Of a stretch of DNA of 64,000 nt, positions 32,554 through 41,201 are shown in pieces. The stretch is from Hyphomicrobiales bacterium (GTDB lineage: Bacteria > Pseudomonadota > Alphaproteobacteria > Rhizobiales > Xanthobacteraceae). Each line of letters begins with the position of its first letter. Within the stretch, counting starts at the first letter, position 1. The stretch spans positions 59,914 to 123,913 of the forward strand of contig JACPOA010000018.1 in NCBI GenBank assembly GCA_016185205.1, read 5' to 3'. The translations under genes and the position numbers were made by a program. The notes below the pieces were generated by a model. It was not told the origin of the DNA. It worked only from the letters and a program-made list of their open reading frames with translations, and made no database searches.

Positions 32554-33395
32554 CTGATATTCCACAGACGCTTGTCGATCCCGCTTGGCTGGAGGCTCGC
32601 CTAGGCGATCCGAAGGTGAGAATCATCGCGCTCAATTTTACCGACAGTCAGGATTTTGATGCCGGTCACATTCCGGGTGCGGTCTATTGGGATTGGAAGG
32701 GCATGCTGTGGGACCCGCTGATGCGGGATTTCCCGAATGCCGAAACTTTTGCCATGCGTTGCGCGGCCGCCGGCATCACGAACGATACGACCGTCGTGTT
32801 CTATGGCGATCCGGCGGTCCAGTTCGGCACTTACGCCTGGTGGGTGTTCAAGTATTGCGGCCACCAGGACGCCCGCGTGCTCAATGGCTCGCGCGTCCGT
32901 TGGGAGTGCGAAGGGCGGCCGTTGACGGCCGAGCGCAGCAAGATCGAAGCGACCCATTACACGCCCAATACGAGGCTCGCCAACGCGCACATGCGCGCGA
33001 TGCGCAACGACGTCCTTGCTGCGCTCGATCGCAAGGATACGGTGATCCTCGATCACCGATCGCCGGAAGAATACCACGGCGAATTATTGAGTCCGCCGGG
33101 TTCTCCGAACCATGGCGCCGAACGCCTTGGCCGCATTCCAGGCGCCAAGCACCTGTATTTCGAGGACTTCCTCGGCGAGGACAAATCGTTCAAGCCGGTC
33201 GAGGAAATCCGCGCCCTCTTGCGAGAGCGCGAAGCGACGCCGGACAAAAACATCATTTCGTATTGTCGCCTCAGCCATCGAGCGACTCTGGCTTACTTCG
33301 CGATGACCGAACTGCTCGGTTATCCGAATGTGCGCAGCTATGACGGCTCGTGGACCGAATGGGGCAGTGTCGTTGGCGTCCCGATCGAACGTTAG
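32550..33395 (+). CDS. Two-domain rhodanese sulfurtransferase (thiosulfate/3-mercaptopyruvate type)
   Basis: 'GHIPGAVYWDW', 'GRIPGAKHL', active-site loop 'YCRLSHRAT'. The start overlaps the upstream stop (ATGA). Confidence 0.8.
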   Translation: MTDIPQTLVDPAWLEARLGDPKVRIIALNFTDSQDFDAGHIPGAVYWDWKGMLWDPLMRDFPNAETFAMRCAAAGITNDTTVVFYGDPAVQFGTYAWWVFKYCGHQDARVLNGSRVRWECEGRPLTAERSKIEATHYTPNTRLANAHMRAMRNDVLAALDRKDTVILDHRSPEEYHGELLSPPGSPNHGAERLGRIPGAKHLYFEDFLGEDKSFKPVEEIRALLREREATPDKNIISYCRLSHRATLAYFAMTELLGYPNVRSYDGSWTEWGSVVGVPIER

Positions 33396-33669
33396 AAGAC
33401 AGTTGTATTTGTACTGCTGGCGCTCCGTCCGCCCGCATCATCGGACATGCGGAAGCAGGCGCCTTCGCGATCAATGTTGAATCGTAATCAACCTCGCGCA
33501 AATTTACATGCTGAAACCTTTGCGCGAGTGCGTACGCGACGGCTTGGGGGTAGAACAGCGCCGACACAGCTTGTCCGAACAAAAATCGCGGATTGATAAG
33601 GATGAAATCTGCGCTCACGTTCGGCGCCTTAGGGTGCAGTGCGGCATTTGCAAACGCGAGAATTATTTT

Positions 33670-33683
33670 TTGATCTAGATCAA
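33670..33683. promoter_or_regulatory. Perfect FNR/FixK-type box TTGAT-N4-ATCAA
   Basis: TTGATCTAGATCAA, a perfect 14-bp palindrome matching the FNR/FixK consensus, in an AT-rich gap. Confidence 0.5.
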
Positions 33684-33854
33684 GATGCTCAAGCAGCGGT
33701 CAATGTCATTTTGATAGTTGATAGGCGTCTCGGAACGATGGGCTCTCGCACCTTTTTGCAGTTTCGACTCGCGCTGCCAACGATCCCAACAGTCCAGAAA
33801 GCGGAAAGGCGATTCATCGTGACGTTATTTGAACGGGGCCTTATCGCAAAAAAA

Positions 33855-34232
33855 TGAATACACAGTTCTGGGTGATCCAAGTCTTCAACGGCGTGTCCTA
33901 CGGCGCGCTGCTGTTTCTTGTCGGCAGCGGCCTATCGCTGATCTTCGGCGTCATGCCATCGTCAATCTGTCGCATGGCTCCTACTGCATGTTGGGCGGCT
34001 ACATCGCATTGTCGGTGATCAACGCCACCGGTTCGTGGGCGTTGTCGATTCCGTGGCCGCGCTCGCGGTCGCCGTCATCGGCTTGCTGATGGAGCGCATA
34101 CTCCTGCGTCCGCTCGGTTTTGACCCGCTGCGCCAGGTGCTGCTGACGGTGGGATTTGCGTTTCTGTTTCAGCAGGCGGCGCTCGACATCTGGGGCGGCA
34201 ACAACATGGACATAACGCCGCCGGCGGTGCTC
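33855..34232 (+). pseudogene. Branched-chain amino-acid ABC permease (LivH-type), N-terminal fragment with frameshifts
   Basis: 'MNTQFWVIQVFNGVSYGALLFLVGSGLSLIFGVM', then 'IVNLSHGSYCMLGGYIALSV', then 'AALAVAVIGLLMERILLRPL...LTVGFAFLFQQAALDIWG' lie in three different frames. The remaining ~200 codons are missing. Confidence 0.7.
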
Positions 34233-35281
34233 ACGCGCGCGGAAGCTGCCAAGGCCATGATCCTGGGCGGTACAAAAATCGTGCGCGAGAAGTTCGCCCG
34301 CCGCGAGATCGACGGCGTGCTCGGCGTCGGCGGCGCCAACGGCTCGACCATGGCCTGCGCGATCATGCGCGCGTTGCCGCTGTCATTTCCCAAAGTCATG
34401 GTGACGCCGGTCGCTGCGACCGCGGCCGTGCAATGGTACATCGCCGAAAGCGACATCGCCATGTATCCGACCATTGGCGACATCTCGCTCAACCGCGCGA
34501 CTCGTGCGGCCATGGCAAACGCGGCTTATGCCGTGGCCGGAATGCGAGGGCGTGGAAGCGGCAGGATAATGCCGCAAACGCGCCTTTGGTCGGCGTCTCC
34601 TCCTTCGGCAATATCCAGCCGGCGGTCGATCGCATCACGGCGCGATTGGAAGCGGACGGCTTCGAAGTTATTCATTTTCACGCCTCCGGGCCGGGCGGAC
34701 GTGCGCTCGAGAAATTGGCGGCAGCGGGCGAGCTTGCCGCGGTCATCGATCTCACCACCTCAGAGCTGACCGATCTTGTCACCGGCGGCGTCTACAGCGC
34801 GGGCGAGACGCGGCTCACCGCCGCTAGTGCCGCCGGCCTGCCGCAAGTGGCGGTGCCGGGCTGTCTCGATTTCACCAATTGGTGGGTAGGGCAGGTGCCC
34901 GACAAATATCGGCAGCGTGAATTCTATCAGTACAATGTCGAGATTATGCTGATGCGGACCAATGCCGAGGAATTCTCCACGCTCGGGAAACTATTCGGCG
35001 AACGGCTGCGTGCCGCCAAAGGTCCGGTCAGCGTGCTTATCCCGGGCGGCGGCATGAGCCAGCTCGTCGGCCGCAAGACCTGCGATCTTGCCGGCAATGA
35101 ACTCGGCGCGTGGGCGCAGCCTGATATCGATCGGGTGTTTGTGGAAACGCTCAAACGCTATCTGCCACCCGGCGCGATCAAGGAATTGCCGCACCATATC
35201 AACGATGAACCCTTCGCGGATGCCTGCGTGACCGAAATGATCGAGATGATGCCGGCGCGCCTTAAACCTGCTCGGCGTTGA
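34233..35281 (+). pseudogene. UPF0261 (Tm-1-like ATP-binding) family gene lacking its 5' ~100 codons and frameshifted
   Basis: 'IDGVLGVGGANGSTMACAIMRALPLSFPKVMV...NRATRAAMANAAYAVAGM' in one frame, continuing as 'PLVGVSSFGNIQPAVDRITARLEADGFEVIHFHASGPGGRALE...' in another. The switch falls near 34540-34580. Confidence 0.7.
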
Positions 35282-35405
35282 GAAAACCAAGGCAGCTTTT
35301 TCCGGATTGGCTATAAGGAGCAGACGAGAAGCGCCCCAGAGGCGCAAACTGGGCGTCGATCCGAACGTTGACTGTGACTCAGCGGCACCCTAAATAATTG
35401 TTTAA

Positions 35406-36407
35406 ATGGCTGATATCGTTAGAAGATTTTCTATCGCACCCATGATGGAATGGACCGACCGGCACTGCCGGTTCTTCCATCGCCTGCTGACGCGCCGCAC
35501 GCTGCTCTATACCGAAATGCTCACCACCGGCGCGGTGCTGCGCGGCGACCGCGCGCGGTTGCTCGGCTTCGATGCGTTCGAGCACCCGGTCGCGCTGCAG
35601 CTCGGCGGCAGCGACGCGGCGGCGCTCAGCGCTTGCGCGCGCATCGCCGAGGATTTCGGCTATGACGAGATCAATCTCAATGTCGGTTGTCCGTCCGACC
35701 GCGTGCAGGAGGGCCGCTTTGGCGCCTGCCTGATGGTCGAGCCGGCGCTGGTCGCCGACTGCGTGGCCGCGATGAAGGCCGCGGTCAAGATTCCGGTGAC
35801 GGTGAAATGCCGCCTCGGCATCGACGAGCAGGAGCCCGACGAGGCGCTGTTTTCCTTTACCGATACGGTCAAGGCCGCTGGCATCGATGCCCTGATCGTG
35901 CACGCGCGCAAGGCCTGGCTGAAGGGATTGTCGCCGCGTGAAAATCGCGAGGTGCCGCCGCTCGATTATTCCATCGTGCACCGGCTTAAACGCGCGCATC
36001 CCGGCCTCGAAATCGTGCTCAATGGCGGCATCGCCAGCCTGGAGCAGGCGCAAGAACAACTCGGGCATGTGGACGGCGTGATGATGGGGCGGGCCGCCTA
36101 CCAGGAACCCTGGCGGTTGCTGGGCGTCGATCCGCTGCTGTTCGGCGAGCCGGCGCCGTTCGATACGCCGAAGGCGGCCGCGCTCGCGCTCATGCCTTAT
36201 ATCGAGCGCGAGATTTCCAACGGCGTGCGGCTGCACTCCATCACCCGCCACGTGCTCGGCCTGTTCCATGCGGTGCCGGGCGCGCGCGCCTTCCGGCGGC
36301 ATCTGGCCACCGAAGCGGTCAAGCCCGGCGCTAGCGCCGCTGTCATGGCTGATGCGCTGGCGCTGGTGCTGGACACGCGATCGGATTTATCGCACATCGC
36401 GGCATAG
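35406..36407 (+). CDS. dusA: tRNA-dihydrouridine(20/20a) synthase DusA
   Basis: 'FSIAPMMEWTDRHCRFFHRLLT...EINLNVGCPSDRVQEGRFGACLM...VTVKCRLG'. Confidence 0.9.
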   Translation: MADIVRRFSIAPMMEWTDRHCRFFHRLLTRRTLLYTEMLTTGAVLRGDRARLLGFDAFEHPVALQLGGSDAAALSACARIAEDFGYDEINLNVGCPSDRVQEGRFGACLMVEPALVADCVAAMKAAVKIPVTVKCRLGIDEQEPDEALFSFTDTVKAAGIDALIVHARKAWLKGLSPRENREVPPLDYSIVHRLKRAHPGLEIVLNGGIASLEQAQEQLGHVDGVMMGRAAYQEPWRLLGVDPLLFGEPAPFDTPKAAALALMPYIEREISNGVRLHSITRHVLGLFHAVPGARAFRRHLATEAVKPGASAAVMADALALVLDTRSDLSHIAA

Positions 36408-36455
36408 CGCATGATCCCGAAAAGTGGGAACCGGTTTTCGGATAAGATCATGCGC
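36407..36455. repeat. 49-bp extragenic palindrome (REP-like family, copy 1); likely dusA terminator
   Basis: GCGCATGATC+CCGAAAA ... TTTTCGG+(ATAA)+GATCATGCGC, with core GTGGGAACCGG. It starts at the last base of the dusA stop codon. Confidence 0.75.
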
Positions 36456-36493
36456 AAATAAACAAGTCACGCCGCCACACATTCCGGAGAAAC

Positions 36494-37324
36494 ATGCTGC
36501 TGGGTTATCCGATCGGCGAGCTCGTTCTGCTCGCACTCTTGATCGCGGGCGCCGGCATTCTGGTCGGGGTTCTCGCCGGCCTGTTCGGTATCGGCGGCGG
36601 CGCCGTCATCGTGCCCGTGCTGTACGAAGTGTTTCGCGCGCTCGGCGTGCCGGAGGACGTGCGCATGCAGATGTGCATCGGCACTTCGCTCGCCATCATC
36701 GTGCCGACCACGGTGCGCTCGTATATCGCGCACAAGAAGAAGGGCGCCGTGATCCCGCAGGTGGTGCGGATTTGGGCGCTGCCGGCAGTCATCGGCGTCG
36801 CCATAGGGGCCGTCATCGCGCACTATGCGCCGGCGCAGCTGTTCAAGATCGTGTTCGTCGTTTTTGCAGTGCTGATCGCCTTGCGCATGCTGTTCGGCAC
36901 CGATCGCTGGATACTCGGCAGCGATTTGCCGGGACGCCCCTGGCTCACTTTCTATGGCTTCCTCACCGGCCTGATCTCGTCGCTCGTCGGCGTGAGCGGC
37001 GGTTCGGTTTCGAACGCGGTTCTGACATTCTATGGGCGATCGATGCAGCAGGCGGTCGCGACCTCGGCCGGCGTCGGCGTGCCGATCACCATTGCCGGCA
37101 CCCTAGGCTATATGCTGGCCGGCTGGCCCTACATGGCGCAAACGCCGCCATTGTCGATCGGCTTCGTATCGTTGATCGGCTTTGCGCTGATGGCGCCGGT
37201 GTCGAGCTACACGGCGAGCTATGGCGTGCGGCTGGCGCACTGGCTGCCGCGCCGCAAGCTCGAAATCGCCTTCGCTATTTTCCTGTTTCTGGTGGCGCTG
37301 CGCTTCGCCGTCAGCCTGATCTAG
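36494..37324 (+). CDS. TauE/SafE-family (DUF81) anion exporter membrane protein
   Basis: Eight hydrophobic segments. 'GLFGIGGGAVIVP' and the second-half repeat 'SLVGVSGGSV'. Confidence 0.8.
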   Translation: MLLGYPIGELVLLALLIAGAGILVGVLAGLFGIGGGAVIVPVLYEVFRALGVPEDVRMQMCIGTSLAIIVPTTVRSYIAHKKKGAVIPQVVRIWALPAVIGVAIGAVIAHYAPAQLFKIVFVVFAVLIALRMLFGTDRWILGSDLPGRPWLTFYGFLTGLISSLVGVSGGSVSNAVLTFYGRSMQQAVATSAGVGVPITIAGTLGYMLAGWPYMAQTPPLSIGFVSLIGFALMAPVSSYTASYGVRLAHWLPRRKLEIAFAIFLFLVALRFAVSLI

Positions 37325-37332
37325 CCACGCGG

Positions 37333-38034
37333 TTACGGCGTGCCGCGCATGCGCAGCTTGTCGCCGCGCACCTCCCAGCTTTGCAGCCGGTTGAGGAAGC
37401 TCATGCCGAGCAGATTGCTCTTGAGCTGGCCGGGCTGCGCCACCAGCGCCGGCACGGCGCGTTCGGTCAGTCCGCCGACGGCGATACGATCGAGCGTCAC
37501 CGCGGCGGCGCGCGTGCGGCCATTGGCGGTGTCGACATTGACCGTGTAATTGAGCACTTCGAGCGGCAGTCCGGCGGCCTTGGCCGCTTCCTGCGTGAGC
37601 ACCACCGAGCTCGCGCCGGTGTCGAGCACCATCGCGACGCGCGCGCCATTGATGTGCGCGGCCAAGGAGAAATCGCCGCGCTGCCCGCGCACGACCTCGA
37701 CGTTGCGGCCATGGCCGGCCACGTGGCCGGGAATCAGTTCCGCCATCACGCGGTCGACGACGTCGCGCAATTCGAGGCGATAGCTGTAGCCCACCACCAG
37801 CAGCAGGCCGATCACCGTCCAGAACAGGATCGCCTCCAGCGCCGCCGACAGCCGTTCGCGGAACAAGACCAGCACCAGGCCGCCGACAAAAATGAGCAAT
37901 GTGAGTTTGAGCGCCAGCGAGCCGACGTCATGGCGCAGCAGGTTGGCGATGGCGTCCTGATCGCTGCTGGCGATCAGCGCCGCCAGCGACAGCGCGACGC
38001 CAAGCACGAAAGACCATGTCAGGCGGCGGCTCAC
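37333..38034 (-). CDS. Membrane-anchored retropepsin-like (clan AA, TIGR02281-type) aspartic protease
   Basis: N-terminal TM helices plus 'VAMVLDTGASSVVL' active-site motif. The GTG at 38034 with an AGGA Shine-Dalgarno is preferred over the GTG at 38088. Confidence 0.7.
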   Translation of the reverse strand: MSRRLTWSFVLGVALSLAALIASSDQDAIANLLRHDVGSLALKLTLLIFVGGLVLVLFRERLSAALEAILFWTVIGLLLVVGYSYRLELRDVVDRVMAELIPGHVAGHGRNVEVVRGQRGDFSLAAHINGARVAMVLDTGASSVVLTQEAAKAAGLPLEVLNYTVNVDTANGRTRAAAVTLDRIAVGGLTERAVPALVAQPGQLKSNLLGMSFLNRLQSWEVRGDKLRMRGTP

Positions 38035-38038
38035 GGGC

Positions 38039-38221
38039 TCATCCTGTCGCGGCGACGGCGGCGCCGGAATTGCGGGACGGCAATTCACGCATCACGCGCG
38101 CCCGCTCGGCGGCGCTCATGGCGCTCCAGCGCGCGATCTCGTCGACGGTGCGGCCGCAACCGAGACACAGCCCGGAACGGGCGTCGAGCGTGCAGACCTT
38201 GACGCAAGGACTTTCGATCAT
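38039..38221 (-). CDS. DUF1289 family protein (small Cys4 protein)
   Basis: 'SPCVKVCTLDARSGLCLGCGRTVDEIARW'. The ATG at 38221 is chosen within the longer ORF. Confidence 0.7.
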   Translation of the reverse strand: MIESPCVKVCTLDARSGLCLGCGRTVDEIARWSAMSAAERARVMRELPSRNSGAAVAATG

Positions 38222-38322
38222 GTGCTTTCGATCATTGTCCGTCTCAGAGGGCTGATGAGGGGCGAAGATAAGCGCCGTGGGCGGGAACGCAATCGCGCGA
38301 TTGTCGCACGCTTCCAATTTAT

Positions 38323-39969
38323 TCAAGTGCCGGCCCGGAACAGCGGCCGTCGGCTCAGCCGGCGCCGTTCCTCCGAACTGAGGATAGGCTCGCCCGGCGG
38401 GGTGATCGGTGGGGCGTGTTCGCTCATCGGCGCCATGGCCGCCACCACCCGTTCGGGCGGGAAGGTGACGATCACTTCGGTGCCGATGCGCAGCTTCGAC
38501 TTGAGCACGAAGCTGCCGCCGTGCATGTCGGTCAGGCTCTTGGCGATCGGCAGCCCAAGGCCAGCGCCCTGTTCGGCCGATTTGATCGAGTTCGAGCCCT
38601 GGCCGAAGGAGGACAGCACGATCGGGATTTCCTCTTCCGGAATGCCGGCGCCGGTGTCCTTCACGCTCATGTATTGGCCGCCGGAGGCGGTCCAGCCCAC
38701 TTTCAGCCAGATCTCGCCGGCCTGCGGCGTGAACTTGATCGCGTTCGACAGCAGGTTAAGGCAGATCTGCCGCAAGGCGCGCTCGTCCGCCCACAGCCGC
38801 GGCAGGTCGCTTTCGAACACGTCGTGCAAGGTGATACCGCGGTTGGTGGCGCGCAGCTTCAAGAGATGATGGCAATCCTCGACGATGCCGACCAGCGAGA
38901 CGGATTCCTCGTTGAGCTCGTAGCGGCCGGCCTCGATGCGCGACAGGTCGAGAATTTCGTTGATCAGCCCGAGCAGGTGCACGCCGGAATTATGGATGTC
39001 GGCGGAATATTCCTTGTAGGCCGGCACCGCGTGCTGGCCGAACACCTCGGTCTTCATCACTTCGGAAAAACCGAGAATGGCGTTGAGCGGAGTGCGCAAT
39101 TCGTGGCTCATCTGCGCCAGGAAGCGCGACTTGGCGATATTGGCCGCTTCCGCGCGCCGCCGCCCCTCGTCGGAAATCGACTTCGCCTGTTCGAGTTCGC
39201 CGATCAGCGCATCCTTTTCGGCGCGCGCTTCCAGCGTCGCCAGCGTGGTCGAGTACAGCCGGTAGGCCAGCACGGCGAAATAGCCCTGCGCGGTCAGCGC
39301 CATGATGGCGAGGATGTAGTCGCGCAGCGTGCCTTGCAGCGCGAAATTGAGCGCGATGCCGACGGTGACCGGAAAGGTGGCGGCGAACACCGCCATCGGC
39401 AGGCTCGAGGCCAGCATGCTGGAAACCGCCACCACCAGCAGCATGACGAACAGCATGAACGTGTTCGAGCTTTGGTCGATGCCGACCGGATGGATCAGGA
39501 TGAACATCCAGGCCAGGCCGTAGAACAAGTCGAGCATGATGAAGCGCAGCCGCCAGGCGCGCGCCGAGATTTCCGCCACCGGTTGGTCGAGGAATTGCCG
39601 GCACTTGGTGATGATGACCGCGTGAATGATCAGCACCGAGGCGGTCCAGGCGCCGGCGGTGACCGCGCCGGTCCACAGGCTCGACAGCAAGCCGATGGTG
39701 GCCACCAGCAGCAGCATCACCAGCGAGGCCGACAGACGGTTCTGCGCGTATTGGCGCAGCAGCTCGTAATCGAAAGCGGGGCGGGTGCCGCTCGACGAAG
39801 TCAGCCGGTCGCGCGCCTCGCGCACATATTGCGCGGCAAGGCGGCGCTTCACCGGCGAGGTTTCCGGTGGCAGGGCGGTGAGGTCGGGCTGTTCGCCTGG
39901 AATCGGCATCAAATAACGCTTGTACGCATGGGGCCAAGGTGCACGCTCGCCTAAAATCCTTAAAGCCAA
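38323..39969 (-). CDS. Membrane sensor histidine kinase (PleC/DivJ-type H-box)
   Basis: About six N-terminal TM helices. 'FLAQMSHELRTPLNAILGFSEVM', 'LLSNAIKFT', 'DTGAGI', 'GLGLPIAK'. Confidence 0.85.
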   Translation of the reverse strand: MALRILGERAPWPHAYKRYLMPIPGEQPDLTALPPETSPVKRRLAAQYVREARDRLTSSSGTRPAFDYELLRQYAQNRLSASLVMLLLVATIGLLSSLWTGAVTAGAWTASVLIIHAVIITKCRQFLDQPVAEISARAWRLRFIMLDLFYGLAWMFILIHPVGIDQSSNTFMLFVMLLVVAVSSMLASSLPMAVFAATFPVTVGIALNFALQGTLRDYILAIMALTAQGYFAVLAYRLYSTTLATLEARAEKDALIGELEQAKSISDEGRRRAEAANIAKSRFLAQMSHELRTPLNAILGFSEVMKTEVFGQHAVPAYKEYSADIHNSGVHLLGLINEILDLSRIEAGRYELNEESVSLVGIVEDCHHLLKLRATNRGITLHDVFESDLPRLWADERALRQICLNLLSNAIKFTPQAGEIWLKVGWTASGGQYMSVKDTGAGIPEEEIPIVLSSFGQGSNSIKSAEQGAGLGLPIAKSLTDMHGGSFVLKSKLRIGTEVIVTFPPERVVAAMAPMSEHAPPITPPGEPILSSEERRRLSRRPLFRAGT

Positions 39970-40095
39970 GCTTAAGAGGAGGCTAAAAACCCTGGTTAAC
40001 GAATGTTACCCCCGGCATGCTCGCAGCCCTTTGACAGGGCTTTTTGCCCATGGTCGGCTGGCTTTGAGGGGACAATCGAACCGAGGGCACCCAAA

Positions 40096-40707
40096 ATGAA
40101 GCTTTACGACAGCAAACAGGCGCCAAATCCCCGGCGCGCCCGCATTTTCCTCGCCGAAAAGGGCATCGCGCTGCCGACCGAGCAGGTCGACATCATGGCC
40201 ATGCAACATAAGACGGCGGAATACACCGCGATCAACCCGTTGCAGCGCATGCCGGCCCTGGTGCTGGACGACGGCACGGTGATCACCGAGTCGATCGCGA
40301 TCTGCCGCTATTTCGAGGTGGTGCAGCCGGAGCCGCCGCTGTTCGGCGTCGGGCCTAAGGAAATCGCGCTGGTCGAGATGTGGAACCGGCGCGCCGAGAT
40401 CAACTTCTTCGCCAATGTGGCGGCGGTGTTCCGCCATCTGCATCCGGCCATGAAGGAGCTGGAGGTGCCGCAGGTGCCGGCCTATGCCGAGGCCATGCGG
40501 CCGCGCGCGCTCTGGTTCCTGCAATTTCTCGACGGCGAGCTGGCCACGCGCGAATTCGTCGCCAGCGACCGCTTCTCGGTTGCCGACATCACAACGTTGG
40601 TCGCGGTCGACTTCCTCAAGCCGGCGCGGCTGACGATGCCGGAGGGATTGGCGCACGTGCAGCGCTGGCACGCCGCGGTGTCGGCACGGCCGAGCGCCAA
40701 AGCTTAG
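40096..40707 (+). CDS. Glutathione S-transferase
   Basis: 'MKLYDSKQAPNPRRARIFLAEKGI...MPALVLDDGTVITESIAICRYFE' GST N-domain plus C-domain. Confidence 0.85.
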   Translation: MKLYDSKQAPNPRRARIFLAEKGIALPTEQVDIMAMQHKTAEYTAINPLQRMPALVLDDGTVITESIAICRYFEVVQPEPPLFGVGPKEIALVEMWNRRAEINFFANVAAVFRHLHPAMKELEVPQVPAYAEAMRPRALWFLQFLDGELATREFVASDRFSVADITTLVAVDFLKPARLTMPEGLAHVQRWHAAVSARPSAKA

Positions 40708-40717
40708 CGGCCCGTAG

Positions 40718-40794
40718 CCCGCATGGAGCGAAGCGAAATGCGGGGCGATTATCGCTTGTGGCGTGAACCCCGGATTGGGCTTCGCTTCATCCGA
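40718..40794. repeat. Pair of inverted 'GAGCGAAGCGA'-core hairpin repeats after the GST gene
   Basis: CCCGCAT-GGAGCGAAGCGAA-ATGCGGG (40718-40744), and an oppositely oriented CCGGAT-TGGGCTTCGCTTC-ATCCGA (40770-40794). Confidence 0.55.
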
Positions 40795-40883
40795 GCTACA
40801 CGCTCAGTTTTCCCCAAAGCGCAGAATTATTGACAGCATTGAAAAATGCCATCGAGGCGCTGTCGCGGTTTCTCAGATGATCG

Positions 40884-41153
40884 CTACTTGCCCCGCTTCA
40901 CCTTCATCCGTACGCCCGGCGCATCGCCGTTGGTGAATTCGACGCCGGCGGCTTCCAAGGTGTGCTTGATCGTTTCGGCGTTGGCCACTGTGATCGGCAC
41001 CGGTCCGTCCACCGCTTCCGCGCGACGGACGGTCATGATGCCGAGCTTCGATCGCTCGGCTAAATCATTGGCGGTCCAGCGCAGCAGCGCGCGCGCCGCC
41101 CTGATCTGACCGCCGCAAATCTTGGTTGTACCAAGTGGTCTTTTATTGACCAT
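40884..41153 (-). CDS. XRE-family helix-turn-helix protein (89 aa)
   Basis: 'GGQIRAARALLRWTANDLAERSKLGIMTVRRAE'. The ATG at 41153 is chosen within the longer ORF. Confidence 0.7.
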   Translation of the reverse strand: MVNKRPLGTTKICGGQIRAARALLRWTANDLAERSKLGIMTVRRAEAVDGPVPITVANAETIKHTLEAAGVEFTNGDAPGVRMKVKRGK

Positions 41154-41201
41154 TTGCTTTCCGTGTGGTATTAAATCGACCAAGAGATCGAGAGCCATAC
41201 A

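Noticed and set aside
33639-33857. 72-aa ORF spanning the FNR/FixK box.
   Set aside because: It has low-complexity, AT-rich codon usage unlike neighbouring genes. It has no Shine-Dalgarno and no recognisable family. It is more likely non-coding promoter DNA.
33396-35405. Genomic island integrated at dusA.
   Set aside because: The dusA 5' end looks intact (normal N-terminus 'FSIAPMMEWTDRHCR'). No integrase, excisionase or att-like direct repeat was seen. Only gene decay is present.
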